Assembly (NCBI GenBank): GCA_963771465.1
Contig: CAVYTU010000015.1
Coordinates: 1,201,357-1,265,356, forward strand
DNA from: an uncultured delta proteobacterium
GTDB lineage: Bacteria > Desulfobacterota > Binatia > UBA9968
Direction of reading: 5' to 3'
Length of the DNA stretch: 64,000 nucleotides
How positions within the stretch are numbered: position 1 is the first letter of the stretch; the number at the start of each line of letters is the position of its first letter. The notes under the pieces were generated by a model, which was given only the letters and a program-made list of their open reading frames with translations, was not told the DNA's origin and searched no databases. This document shows positions 29,199 to 38,957 of the stretch, in pieces. A program made the translations under genes and the position numbers.

Positions 29199-29462
29199 AT
29201 GTCGCGATATCGCGGAAATATCGGTAACCTACTTCAGCATTCTGTGCTGGGTGAATTGCTCTGCTCCGCGAATTCGCAATGGGACAACATTCGATTCGTG
29301 GATGCCTATGCGATGGCTCCACTCGCAAAAGAACGATTCAAATCCGGCTGGTCGGCGGCGATCTTCGATCACGCCCGCGATCTATCTCCTGCAAACTCAA
29401 CGTACGAGCGCACTTGGCGCATACGGATCCAGAATAATTCCGGTTATCCCACAGCGCGTTGA
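29199..29462 (+). pseudogene. Truncated cassette ORF of unknown function
   Basis: Starts 20 nt after GTTAGGC; GNIGNLLQH / FVDAYA is vaguely methyltransferase-like; no closing attC found. Confidence 0.4.
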
Positions 29463-29715
29463 TCATGCCTTGTGTTCTCGATGGAGAGAGCCGACAAACG
29501 TTCGACTGAGCCATCTCCTAAGGTCTCAATGCATCATGTCGAGCCCACCCGACACGGGACTATGGATTCTCGTAGCACCTGTAACTGCTAAATAATAAAA
29601 GATAAATTTTCTGCCAAATCAAACCCTCGGAGAGATAGCAGGCGGCACTCGCTGTGGGTCCGCAAGTGTTGAGTACGTTGGATTCAAAACCAAGGTTTGA
29701 CTCGCGCGACACAGC

Positions 29716-29832
29716 ATCACGACCGAACGGAACGAAGTAGTCGCACCGATTCACAACCGTATGCCGGCGGTGCTAGCAGACGGCGACGCACTCGAATTGC
29801 TCAGTGGCGGCGAGATCACCGACCGTTTTTGA
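29716..29832 (+). pseudogene. SOS response-associated peptidase (SRAP) fragment
   Basis: Translates ITTERNEVVAPIHNRMPAVL (IH.RMP motif). Confidence 0.7.
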
Positions 29833-30309
29833 AAATCAAACCACCACGAAGTTGACATGATGAGTTCAACCGAATAGCGGTCCCACCCACCAAACTCAGC
29901 AGAACCTAATGAGCTAGAGTTGTGGACGGCGCCGGTGCTACAGACATTTCGGGGCAAAGAGCCGTTCTTCCGCCGTGGGCGAGGTTTCAAGAGGAACGGG
30001 TGATTGTCTCCCGCGCCGACCGTCTGAATCAGATGATAAAAGTTTTGGTTCTGATGATCCAGCTTCCTGCACGGCGGTCGCTCTATTCGGCATTTCGCCA
30101 TAAGCGAGCACAGTCACAGGAGCGATTCTCACCCACGTTCACGACTCGGACACCGCTGGCTGATGCGCTGTTTATGCTACCTAATCGGGCTATTCTGCCG
30201 GTGACGGTTTATCGAAACCTGTCTCACACGTGGGCCAAACTTCCCCAAACTTATTTCGCCGCTCAGGTACCCTGATTGCTCTACTAGCGAGACATCGAGT
30301 GAGGTACGG

Positions 30310-30477
30310 ATGATGTACGAAGTCTTAATTCCAACAACGGTAGCGATGGTCCTACTGCCATTTAATTTTTGGAGTGCAGCGGAAATCGTGCTGTGGGTGG
30401 CGTTGGTCACTGTGTCTTGGGAACTTCGCGATGCTGTTCTTGATAAGCTTTGCGAGTGCGTCGCTCAAACGCGCTGA
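30310..30477 (+). CDS. Possible small hydrophobic protein (55 aa)
   Basis: GAGGT RBS; MMYEVLIPTTVAMVLLPFNFWSAAEIVLWVALVTVSW... Confidence 0.35.
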   Translation: MMYEVLIPTTVAMVLLPFNFWSAAEIVLWVALVTVSWELRDAVLDKLCECVAQTR

Positions 30478-31011
30478 CCATTAACTTAACTCGTTTTTAG
30501 TCTTTCGCTACGTCAGATTTGCATCAATCCCGGCCTGCCGTAGCAAGCTCTACCCCAACTTCCGAAATAATTCTCAGCGGCGCGTACTAGAGTCGGAAAC
30601 TCGCGTCGGCATTGGGTACGACCCAGTCCTTGGTGACGACGATGCATTGAGACAGTAGCTTCAATATCTTTTGGTCGCGGGAGAAACTAAAAGGTTGACA
30701 GAGTCGGGTTACGCCGTGACTACGGCTTCCCCAGCAGCTGAGAGCTGACTTTTACTTCAGGTGGTCGGTCGCGTCAATCGGGAAATGTGAACGCCGCTCG
30801 TTGAATGTTGCGGCGAGCGGAGAAGTGCCGACGTGACGGATAGATTTTTGTTAGATAAACGTCTGAAGGAAAACTCTCGAAGCTGTCCTAAGTTCTCTGA
30901 CATTTTGCGAGTTGGACAAACATCTAGCAGCGCTTTTCTTGCATTACTTGTTGGTATGCCGTTTGCGTTTCACTTGTGAGTTAGTACTCACGCTAACTAA
31001 AGGAGATCACT

Positions 31012-31413
31012 ATGGGATTCTTCGACAAGATTCTCGCGAAACTGGGCTTCGGCGGCACTGCCGAAAACCCGACTACTATCCCGACATCCGGCACGACGCC
31101 CACCAGCTCAAGCACGCCCCCGACCGCTTCATCAGCTCCCAAGCCGGTTGCGGTCGTCGATGTCGTCGCACAACTGGAGAAGCGCGCAGCGGCTAACCCG
31201 CAGAAGCTTAACTGGCGCACTTCCATCGTCGACCTACTAAAGCTGCTCGACATTGACAGCAGCCTCAGCGCGCGCAAGGAGTTGGCCACTGAGCTGGGCT
31301 GCCCCGCCGATCTTATGCAGGACTCTGCTAAGATGAACATGTGGCTGCACAAGACCGTGCTTGCCCGCATCGCTGCCAATGGCGGCAATGTCCCCAAGGA
31401 CCTGCTCGACTGA
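31012..31413 (+). CDS. DUF3597 domain protein
   Basis: LNWRTSIVDLLKLL.IDSS..ARKELA.ELG, DSAKMN.WLHK and NGG.VP motifs. Confidence 0.9.
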   Translation: MGFFDKILAKLGFGGTAENPTTIPTSGTTPTSSSTPPTASSAPKPVAVVDVVAQLEKRAAANPQKLNWRTSIVDLLKLLDIDSSLSARKELATELGCPADLMQDSAKMNMWLHKTVLARIAANGGNVPKDLLD

Positions 31414-31907
31414 GCAGATCAGAGCGCACCGCAAGGACATCGTAGCGGCGTCCAAACATGTTGCAGGGATCGGGGAAGACACCGAAATACTAGCGAGAAT
31501 CCGTCTAGAACCTTTCAGCGGGTTACATTGTAACGGGTTTAATATCGGCAAAGGCCGCCGGCGTGGGGTTTCCGACCCGACTCCGCGGTTGCCGGTCAAA
31601 ACGAATACGGCAATGTGGAAAACTCTTCAGCAACCCAAGCTTCGCTCAATATTCTAGCCAGCAATTGATGATTAATCGGTTTGGTCAGATGGTGGTCGAA
31701 GGCGCGAAAGCGGCCACTCCATGGGAAGTTCTTTCGTGCGAATGCGGCTCAAAATCCGTTCAAGCATTGTCTGGCTCGTTCCTTCTCGCTGGAACACAGT
31801 ACTACAAACCGAGCTCTGCAAAGTCCGGAAAGTCCTTTAATTAAAAACAGTCGGGGTAGCGACGCGACGAACGAGCAGTATATTTCTGCGATGCGCGCAC
31901 CATGACC

Positions 31908-32107
31908 GGCAAAACCTCCAAGGCGCTGGCTCAATTGGATGGCTACAAAAGGCCGCTCGTCGGCTCGTTGTCGTCCAATCTCCGCGCTTCGGCATGGAAA
32001 GAGTCACCCAACTAGAGTCGCTTCAGGAGATCATCAAGGAGAGGACGGATGGGAACGGCGATAATTCACACGAGACCAGTCCAATTACGACGGCAGATAC
32101 GCAGAAT
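31908..32107 (+). pseudogene. 3' fragment of the TerS-like gene
   Basis: KALAQLDGYKRPLVGSLS...LESLQEII matches 63854-63990. Confidence 0.8.
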
Positions 32108-32219
32108 GATGATTGACCAGCCCTCTGCCATCGTCAATCGACAACAGACAATTCTATGAGAAAATCGGTCGAGGAAAGCGAGGGATGGACAAAGCGTCTA
32201 GCTATGTCATGCTGATGGC

Positions 32220-32408
32220 ATGGCCAAAAAAGCAAAGAAGAGAATTGCAACGTCAAAGAGAAAGGCTACCGACTGGAGTATAGGGCAGCCGTTAGTCTTC
32301 CCTCAGGTAAAAAATCTCACCGACAACGATCGGCTAGCGCAAGAAATCGTGGAGGAAATCATAAGACGTCCTTTCAAATCCAAGCGAGAAAAGCGGAAGA
32401 AAAAATAG
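32220..32408 (+). CDS. Small basic hypothetical protein
   Basis: 62 aa with K/R-rich ends; lies between element relics. Confidence 0.45.
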   Translation: MAKKAKKRIATSKRKATDWSIGQPLVFPQVKNLTDNDRLAQEIVEEIIRRPFKSKREKRKKK

Positions 32409-32465
32409 CTTCTAATCTCATCTGTGCTGGTGCTTATTCCCGTCCCACCACTCCTGTAACGCGCG

Positions 32466-32676
32466 CTACGTGAAATCATCGAGCGACAACTGGAACATAC
32501 CAAAGCACTGGAGAAAGCGAGGGGTCGCATCATTCCGTCCGCGACTTAGAACGCGCCGGAGATTTCCCGATCCGCCGCGATGAAATGGTTGGCCACAAGA
32601 CCGAATCGATTTACCGGCGCTATGCGATTGCCGACGAATCGATGCTGCAAGAGGCGGGTGAAAAGATGGAAATCGC
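32466..32676 (+). pseudogene. Tyrosine integrase C-terminal remnant
   Basis: LREIIERQLEHTKALEKARGRIIP / VRDLERAG.SRSAAM..VGHKTESIYRRYAIADE, including the catalytic H and Y. Confidence 0.8.
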
Positions 32677-32775
32677 AATACGTGCATCCTCGCGGCTCCA
32701 GCCGAACTCGCCATTCGAGGCCTGAAAGCTTCGGCGCGTCAGCTCCTTTGGAAACATCCAGTCCTTCACCAGGCG

Positions 32776-32838
32776 GTCTAACGAGTTGGCGATGAGCCGC
32801 GGCGAGAAGCGCCGTCGGCTCCATCGCTCTGGTTAGGT
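32776..32838 (-). mobile_element. Integron attC site (minus strand)
   Basis: ACCTAAC-CAGAGCGATGGAGCCGACGGCG-CTTCT-CGCCGCGGCTCATCGCCAACTC-GTTAGAC. Confidence 0.88.
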
Positions 32839-32925
32839 GCCAGCCTCGACGAGTTCGTATCGTAGGTGCCGCTGGAGTCATGATTCACCCGTATGGACTC
32901 TTGGTCGCTCACCTCGCCGTACCGA

Positions 32926-34830
32926 TCACGCGCCCTTGGCGTATCCGAGCTCCTTGAGTGCTTTCTCGATCTCCTGGAGGATTGTTGGGTCGTCGATCGT
33001 GGCCGGCATCTTGTACTCCTCGGAGTCGGCGATCTTCTGCATGATGCCGCGCAGGATCTTCCCCGAACGCGTCTTGGGCAGCCGCTTGATCACGGTTGCG
33101 GTCTTGAACGTCGCGACCGCTCCGATCCTCTCGCGCACCATCTGCACGACCTCGCTCACGATCTCACTGGTCCGGCTGCGATCCACGCCTACCTTAAGCA
33201 CGAGGAAGCCCAGAGGAACCTGGCCCTTGAGCGGGTCGGCGACACCGATCACCGCGCACTCGGCGACGTCCGGGTGCGCGGCGAGAATCTCCTCCATCGC
33301 CCCCGTCGAGAGCCGATGCCCGGAGACGTTGATGACATCGTCGATCCGGGTCATGACGAACACATATCCGTCTTCATCAATGAAGCCGGCGTCACCCGTC
33401 TTGTAGTAACCCGGATACTCCGCGAGGTAGGACTCCTGGTAGCGTGAATCGGCGTTCCAGAGTGTCGTCAAAGTCCCGGGCGGAAGCGGGAGCCTGCAGG
33501 CCAGCGCGCCCATGTCACCAGCCTTGGCGGGCTTGCCTCTCCGATCCAGAACCTGGACATCCCACCCGGGCACCGGCTTGGTCGGCGAGCCCGGCTTGAC
33601 CGGCAACATCCCGAGCCCGACGCAGTTCGCGCAGATGGCCCAGCCGGTCTCGGTTTGCCACCAGTGGTCGAGCACCGGCACCTCGAGCTTCTCCTGTGCC
33701 CAGCGGAGCGTGGCAGAATCGAGACGCTCGCCGGCCAAGAACAGCGTCCGAAACCTCGAGAGATCGTACTCCTTGATGAAATCGCCGTTCGGGTCTTCGC
33801 GCTTGATCGCTCGGAAGGCGGTCGGCGCCGTGAAAAGACACGCGACCTTGTGCTGCGAGATCACACGCCAGAACACGCCGGCATCTGGCGACCCGACCGG
33901 CTTGCCCTCGAACAACAGCGTGGTGCAGCCGCGAATGAGAGGCCCGTAGACGATGTAGGAATGCCCCACCACCCAGCCGATGTCGGAGGCAGCCCAGTAC
34001 ACCTCCCCCGGGTCGACACCGTAGACATGCCTCATGGTCCAGTCCAGCGCCACCAGGTGCCCTCCATTATCACGCACGATGCCCTTCGGTTGGCCCGTCG
34101 TGCCCGAGGTGTAGAGGATGTAGAGCGGGTCGTTGGCATCAACCGGCACGCAGTCATGCGGCCTCGCGCCGGCCATGACCTCGTTCCAGTCGAGATCCCG
34201 ACCCTGCACGAGCGCTGCACGCTCCATCCGACGCTGGTAGACGATGCAACGCTCGGGCTTGTGCCCGGCCGTCGCGATGGCGGAGTCGAGGAGTTGCTTG
34301 TAGGCCACGATCCGGCCAGGCTCGACGCCACAGGACGCTGAGATGACGAGCTTCGGCTTGGCGTCGTCGATTCGAACGGCTAGCTCGTTCGATGCAAAGC
34401 CGCCGAAGACCACCGAGTGAATGGCGCCGAGTCGTGCAACCGCAAGCATGGCTATCACGGCTTCGGGGATCATCGGCATATAGATGATGACCCGGTCACC
34501 CTTCGAGACGCCCAGCGCAGCGAGCGCCCCCGCGCACCTGGCGATCTCATCCCGAAGCGCACGGAAGGTGTAAGACTTGATCGTGTCCGTGACCGGGCTG
34601 TCGTAGATCAGCGCCAGCTGTTCCCCGCGCCCGTTCTCGATGTGCCGATCGACGGCGTTGTAGCAGGTGTTGACCTTGCCGCCGACGAACCACCGGTAGA
34701 AGGGCTTGTTCGAATCATCGAGGACTTTGTCCCACTTCTTGTACCAATGGATCTCATCTCCGGCCTCGGCCCAAAACCGCTCGGGGTCGTTGAGTGAGCG
34801 CGCGTAAGCCTCCTCGTATCGGCTGGTCAT
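32926..34830 (-). CDS. prpE: Propionyl-CoA synthetase (acyl-CoA synthetase)
   Basis: YTSGTTGQPKG, DHWWQTETG, GHRLST, LPKTRSGKILR; RBS before MTSRY; higher GC than flanks. Confidence 0.9.
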   Translation of the reverse strand: MTSRYEEAYARSLNDPERFWAEAGDEIHWYKKWDKVLDDSNKPFYRWFVGGKVNTCYNAVDRHIENGRGEQLALIYDSPVTDTIKSYTFRALRDEIARCAGALAALGVSKGDRVIIYMPMIPEAVIAMLAVARLGAIHSVVFGGFASNELAVRIDDAKPKLVISASCGVEPGRIVAYKQLLDSAIATAGHKPERCIVYQRRMERAALVQGRDLDWNEVMAGARPHDCVPVDANDPLYILYTSGTTGQPKGIVRDNGGHLVALDWTMRHVYGVDPGEVYWAASDIGWVVGHSYIVYGPLIRGCTTLLFEGKPVGSPDAGVFWRVISQHKVACLFTAPTAFRAIKREDPNGDFIKEYDLSRFRTLFLAGERLDSATLRWAQEKLEVPVLDHWWQTETGWAICANCVGLGMLPVKPGSPTKPVPGWDVQVLDRRGKPAKAGDMGALACRLPLPPGTLTTLWNADSRYQESYLAEYPGYYKTGDAGFIDEDGYVFVMTRIDDVINVSGHRLSTGAMEEILAAHPDVAECAVIGVADPLKGQVPLGFLVLKVGVDRSRTSEIVSEVVQMVRERIGAVATFKTATVIKRLPKTRSGKILRGIMQKIADSEEYKMPATIDDPTILQEIEKALKELGYAKGA

Positions 34831-34884
34831 GATCCTTCCCTTCTCACCGGCGATCCCTCTGCCCGACTTGTAAGCCTTCTGGGC

Positions 34885-34954
34885 ACCTAACGACCCAAGC
34901 TCAGCGACGGCGGCCACGGGCGCCGATTGAAACCGCAGCGCGACGTCGCCGTTC
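34885..34954 (-). mobile_element. attC 3' part upstream of prpE (R' GTTAGGT)
   Basis: Minus strand CCGTCGCTGAGCTTGGGTC-GTTAGGTGCC; complementary to GGCACCTAAC downstream of prpE. Confidence 0.75.
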
Positions 34955-35340
34955 GCATACTGACCAGTATATTACCGAATCCAAAAATCACAGTTGCCCG
35001 AGCTTTATCTTTTCGACAAACAACTTGTCAATTAGTTTTCATCCACGGTTTTTCCAAAATACCTGGTCAGTATATCACCAACATACCTGCACAGCACACT
35101 ACGCCGCAGCACTGAACTGTAAGACGCAACAGTTCCATTGCACAAGAAATTAAGCTGCGATACACCCAGTTCGCTTCGGTCTAATTTCAGCGAATGCACC
35201 GCGCGTCATTGACTGAAATATACTAGTCTAAATTTTACGAAAACCCGATGAATTTTTTGCGATTGGCAAAGTAGACGGCGAAAATGCACTTGCGCAACGC
35301 GAGCAGAAATCTAACTGGTTGGATGTAAAGAAGTAAAAAT

Positions 35341-35392
35341 GTGGCCAGGGACGGGATTGAACCGCCGACACGAGGATTTTCAGTCCTCTGCT
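35341..35392 (-). tRNA. 3' fragment (52 nt) of tRNA-Phe(GAA); att-site duplication, not a complete tRNA
   Basis: Minus strand AGCAGAGGACTGAAAATCCTCGTGTCGGCGGTTCAATCCCGTCCCTGGCCAC has anticodon and T arms but lacks the 5' acceptor strand and most of the D arm. Confidence 0.9.
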
Positions 35393-35408
35393 GGTACCGG
35401 GACTATGT

Positions 35409-35523
35409 GTCACTATGTGTCGTCAAATGAATGAATCCAAGCGTCTGGAGCCGCTGCGCGGCGGCTCTATTTGCCGATTGAGACACATTCGCGCAGATAG
35501 TTCTGGCAAAGTTATGGCAAAGT
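35409..35523. repeat. Element-end repeat, homologous to 38384-38498
   Basis: TGAATGAATCCAAGCGTCTG...ATAGTTCTGGCAAAGTT(A/G)TGGCAAAGT in both copies. Confidence 0.85.
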
Positions 35524-35927
35524 GGATCTCTTTTACCGCGACGATAGTACTCGATGATATGCCGCTCTTCCCGAAGAACTGCGACGGACACTTGATGTTC
35601 CGAGCAATAAAGCCGTCTTGGGCGCTGTACCACAGCTCGTTAGTGTTCTTGTCTATCAGCGCCTGCTCCCCGGTATAGTCTCCGAACGCATTTTGCCCAC
35701 TGTAAGTCATGCAGATCGTATTCCCGGCCACCGCCACCTTCTCGACCGCGAACGCCATCGGATTGCGGCTGTTCCGTTTGGTCATGATCGCCAGCACCAC
35801 CGCTCATTTTCGTCGGCGATGGCTCTGGCGTGTTCGACCGGTTGGCCGCCACAGCAAGAGCCCAAAGGATAATGAACCACGTCAATGCCCCTACCGTCAG
35901 GGCGATACAGAATGTTACGTTTTTCAT
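35524..35927 (-). pseudogene. Frameshifted hypothetical membrane-anchored protein
   Basis: N-terminal TM (MKNVTFCIAL...) continues in another frame (CMTYSGQNAFG). Confidence 0.45.
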
Positions 35928-36133
35928 GTCGATTTTGAGCTAGTGCAAACTGCCATGTTCGGCGCAAACATCATAAGTGTTGCCCCAAGCTGGACTCAAA
36001 GCTCGGTTACATCGACTGCAGCGAGAGCAGCTCCAGAGAAATTGGAGTCGAAAAGTCTTTGTTCCAATAAGAGGATTAATGGGCTATGTGCCCCAGTAGA
36101 TTTTTGTAGTAGTTTTTCCTGGAGACGACCATC

Positions 36134-36445
36134 ATGCGAACCCTCCAGCTCCACTTTCCCGATGACGCCCTCGCAACCCTGCATACTGTGTTGAAGCAGA
36201 CGAAAGACCCCCGTGTCTTCCGGCGCGCCCAAGCGGTCCATGAAGTGGTCAAAGGCACTCGCCTGCATACGGGCTCCGACACACGTGCGTTTCCTTCTTC
36301 GACCCTCAGCACATGGGCCCATCACTTTGCCCAGGCAGGGGCCCCTGGCCCTGTTGGCCGCCCGCGCTCCGGCCGACCGCCCACAGTCACGTGTGCTCTC
36401 GACATGCAGCTCAATCGCCTCGTCGAGCAAGAGCCTCTACCACAT
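36134..36445 (+). mobile_element. IS630-family transposase N-terminal (HTH) remnant
   Basis: RVFRRAQAV...W...F...G...RPRSGRPP...L..LVEQEP; no DDE domain. Confidence 0.7.
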
Positions 36446-36542
36446 AGCTTCCTTATTCTCAGTGGAGTGACCGCGTACTCGCCACGGCGCACGGTCGGGA
36501 CAGGCACCGCGGCGGGGGGAATAGCGCGGGGGGGAGCTTCCC

Positions 36543-37874
36543 ATGCCGCCTAACAGATGCAGCATGCGCCGGCTGCTGCTACGCATCTGCGCCGTGTCAT
36601 GTCTCGCGAACGTCTTGTTCTTCGCATTGATGCTGCTTGTGCAGCCGCATCCCGCAACGATCCTGGCACGCATCACGTTCCACGCCAGTGGCGCCGTGGT
36701 CTTGCAGCCGCATCTCGCTCGGAATGACTGCGTCGTGCTGCAAATGCTCCTGAACCCCGCTTCATCGCGGCTCAAACGAGCTCTCGCGCCCGCGGTCTAC
36801 TATCGTGAGGATTGGCGCCATCCGTGTGACGTGTTACGCGACATGGTTGAACAGGGCCTGAAGCCGGACACCGTGACCTCGGGCACCATTGTGGGTGAGG
36901 GATACGCACGTTACTGGCATGGGTACAATGTCGTGACCGCCTTGGCGCTCCGCGTGATGGAGGTGCAGCACTTCCGTCGACTGCTCCTGGCCTGTGTCGG
37001 GCTCGCGCTTGGCCTGCTCGCTTTGGCAACCGCCCATGGCGGGGCTCGCACGCGCCGGACGGGGCTCATGATCGCGGTGACGGCAGCAACGCTCTGGGCG
37101 GTGCCTCGTTTTGCGCGGGAATTCACGTTCGGCCCCGGTGATACCTTCCTGATTGCTGCCCTCGCGGTCATACCGGCTTGGCCGAGAATAACCGTCAGGC
37201 TTGAGACCCTTGTGCTCTTCGGATCGACGTACGGAGCGACGGTCGTGTTTTTTGAGATGTTGACAGGGCAACTACCCATCGCGTTCGCTTGGCTGGGCGC
37301 ACTCACGCTGGCTGCGGCGCGAGATGAGCACCAGCCGGCTGGGATGGCTGCCGCCGTGTCGGTCGGCGCAGCGCTGGGCGCCTTCTGCCTCTCGGCCGTG
37401 CTCACCGTACTGATCAAGCAGTGCTTAGCGGTGATCCTGGCAGAGCCTCAGGCGGCTGCCGCATTTCTCGGGCACCTCCAGATGTATAGTGGCCTGCCGA
37501 CGTCCGAGGGAAGCTCCGCTTCCCTGATGGCACCGTTCGTTCGGATGTTGCAGGAAACCCGCGTGCTCACTGCCGGGTATGCCGCAGCGGGCTACGGACT
37601 GATGGCTGCCACGGCGATCGGGTGGATGGCTGCTGCCGGCATGGCGTGGCGGCAACGGCGCAATGTCAACGGTCAGGACCGTGCGATTCTCCTGGCGTTA
37701 TCGCTGGTGCCGGTTGGTTGGGTGCTGCTCCTGCCCACGCACACGTTGCTTCACGCCTGGTTCATGGTGCGGATCATGATCATACCGATTGCACTCGTGC
37801 CCGTCGCATTGTGGTGGCCAAAGACGCCTGACCACGTCCGGCAGACGGGTGTGTCACTGGCCCACGCCGGCTAG
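36543..37874 (+). CDS. Polytopic membrane protein, possibly GT-C-fold glycosyltransferase-like
   Basis: About 10 hydrophobic segments; YARYWHGY; H...H.WF..R near the C-terminus; high GC. Confidence 0.7.
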   Translation: MPPNRCSMRRLLLRICAVSCLANVLFFALMLLVQPHPATILARITFHASGAVVLQPHLARNDCVVLQMLLNPASSRLKRALAPAVYYREDWRHPCDVLRDMVEQGLKPDTVTSGTIVGEGYARYWHGYNVVTALALRVMEVQHFRRLLLACVGLALGLLALATAHGGARTRRTGLMIAVTAATLWAVPRFAREFTFGPGDTFLIAALAVIPAWPRITVRLETLVLFGSTYGATVVFFEMLTGQLPIAFAWLGALTLAAARDEHQPAGMAAAVSVGAALGAFCLSAVLTVLIKQCLAVILAEPQAAAAFLGHLQMYSGLPTSEGSSASLMAPFVRMLQETRVLTAGYAAAGYGLMAATAIGWMAAAGMAWRQRRNVNGQDRAILLALSLVPVGWVLLLPTHTLLHAWFMVRIMIIPIALVPVALWWPKTPDHVRQTGVSLAHAG

Positions 37875-37940
37875 CAGGCTGGGGTTTTCCGCCCACCCCT
37901 CTCATGCAGTGCGCCGCATGAGAGGGAGCCAATGGTCGGG

Positions 37941-38078
37941 AGATCACTGGCCCGAGTTGAAGATGCCATCAATCATCTGCGTGAATTCTTTGGTCCTGAT
38001 AAGGCCATCGAGATTCCGAGCGACCGCGTGACAGAATATGTGGCAAAGCGGCAGGACAAGAAGGCCGCCGCGAGCACC
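37941..38078 (+). pseudogene. Tyrosine integrase core-binding-domain remnant
   Basis: RSLARVEDAINHLREFFGPDKAIEIPSDRVTEYVAKRQDKKAAAST. Confidence 0.7.
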
Positions 38079-38184
38079 GGCAAATCTGACCGTGCCTGCG
38101 CAGTAACTATTGCGCTGCGTCTGACAAATCGAATCCCGCCAATCCGCACGCAAAAACCGCGTATGTCCGCTATGCTGTAGGGAC

Positions 38185-38383
38185 ACGGCAGGCATACGCG
38201 GCAGATCCGGCCCACCAGGAAACCAGAACGCGTTCAGACACGGTTTAGCGGGCATCGCACAGCGCCGTTCTGACGGTGTTCTCAAACCCAGGGAACAGTC
38301 TATTCGAGAGGAAATCCTGTCCGGCTTGCTCACTGACAAAGGTGGAGCTGCGCAGATCAGCACCGCCACGTGCGTGCTGGCCG
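38185..38383 (+). pseudogene. 5' fragment of the TerS-like gene (start mutated to ACG)
   Basis: AGIRGRSGPPGNQNAFRHGLAGIAQRR...DKGGAAQISTA. Confidence 0.85.
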
Positions 38384-38554
38384 GTCACCATTGGTCGTCA
38401 ACTGAATGAATCCAAGCGTCTGAAGGCGTTTGGCTCTCGCTCAATTTACCGATTGGAACACATTCGAACAAATAGTTCTGGCAAAGTTGTGGCAAAGTAA
38501 AAAGCATAAAGAGCACAAAGTCGAGTAGATCACCGGATGAAGCGAATGCGACGG

Positions 38555-38604
38555 TCATAACGGCGTGAGCGTAAACCCGCCGCGGTGATCTTTTAGCGTT
38601 AGGC
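38555..38604 (+). mobile_element. Possible degenerate attC
   Basis: TCATAAC...CGCCGCGGTGATCTTTTAGC-GTTAGGC, 17 nt before an ATG. Confidence 0.4.
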
Positions 38605-38621
38605 TCTTGGGAGAGTGCCTC

Positions 38622-38820
38622 ATGAGCGTGAGACGAATCCTCGTGCGGGAGGCGGCTTTGCTGGCCTCTGGAGCGCGGCTGGCGCGGCCCGCAACTCGAC
38701 GAACTCGGATGTGGCCCAGAGGCCGTGAAGGTGACTCTCGTCAACCGCGACGGCTTCCATAACATCCGTGTGCGCAACTACGAGTCAGACCTAACCCCGG
38801 TCCGGGTCTCCCTTGATGAC
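38622..38820 (+). pseudogene. 5' fragment of a NAD(P)/FAD-dependent oxidoreductase
   Basis: MSVRRILV/GGGFAGLWSAAGAAR/LDELG...VTLVNRDGFHNIRVRNYE across frameshifts. Confidence 0.65.
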
Positions 38821-38957
38821 GCTCCCGTTCTTTGTCGGGGTGCAACGCGAATGCGCCCGCTAATGCAATTATACTGTCGCAGGAGTTGGCTGTGAGACTA
38901 AAACCTATGCCGCCAGAAATGATGCTAGGCAGTTTCCAGAACTGGCCCGCATCGCGA

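Noticed and set aside
34831-34917. N-terminal extension of PrpE (MAAVAELGSLG...)
   Set aside because: It is read-through of the attC sequence; the RBS precedes the ATG at 34830.
35341-35392. Functional tRNA-Phe gene
   Set aside because: The 5' acceptor strand and most of the D arm are missing.
36548-36554. GCCTAAC as an attC R'' site
   Set aside because: No downstream hairpin or GTTRRRY at a suitable distance.
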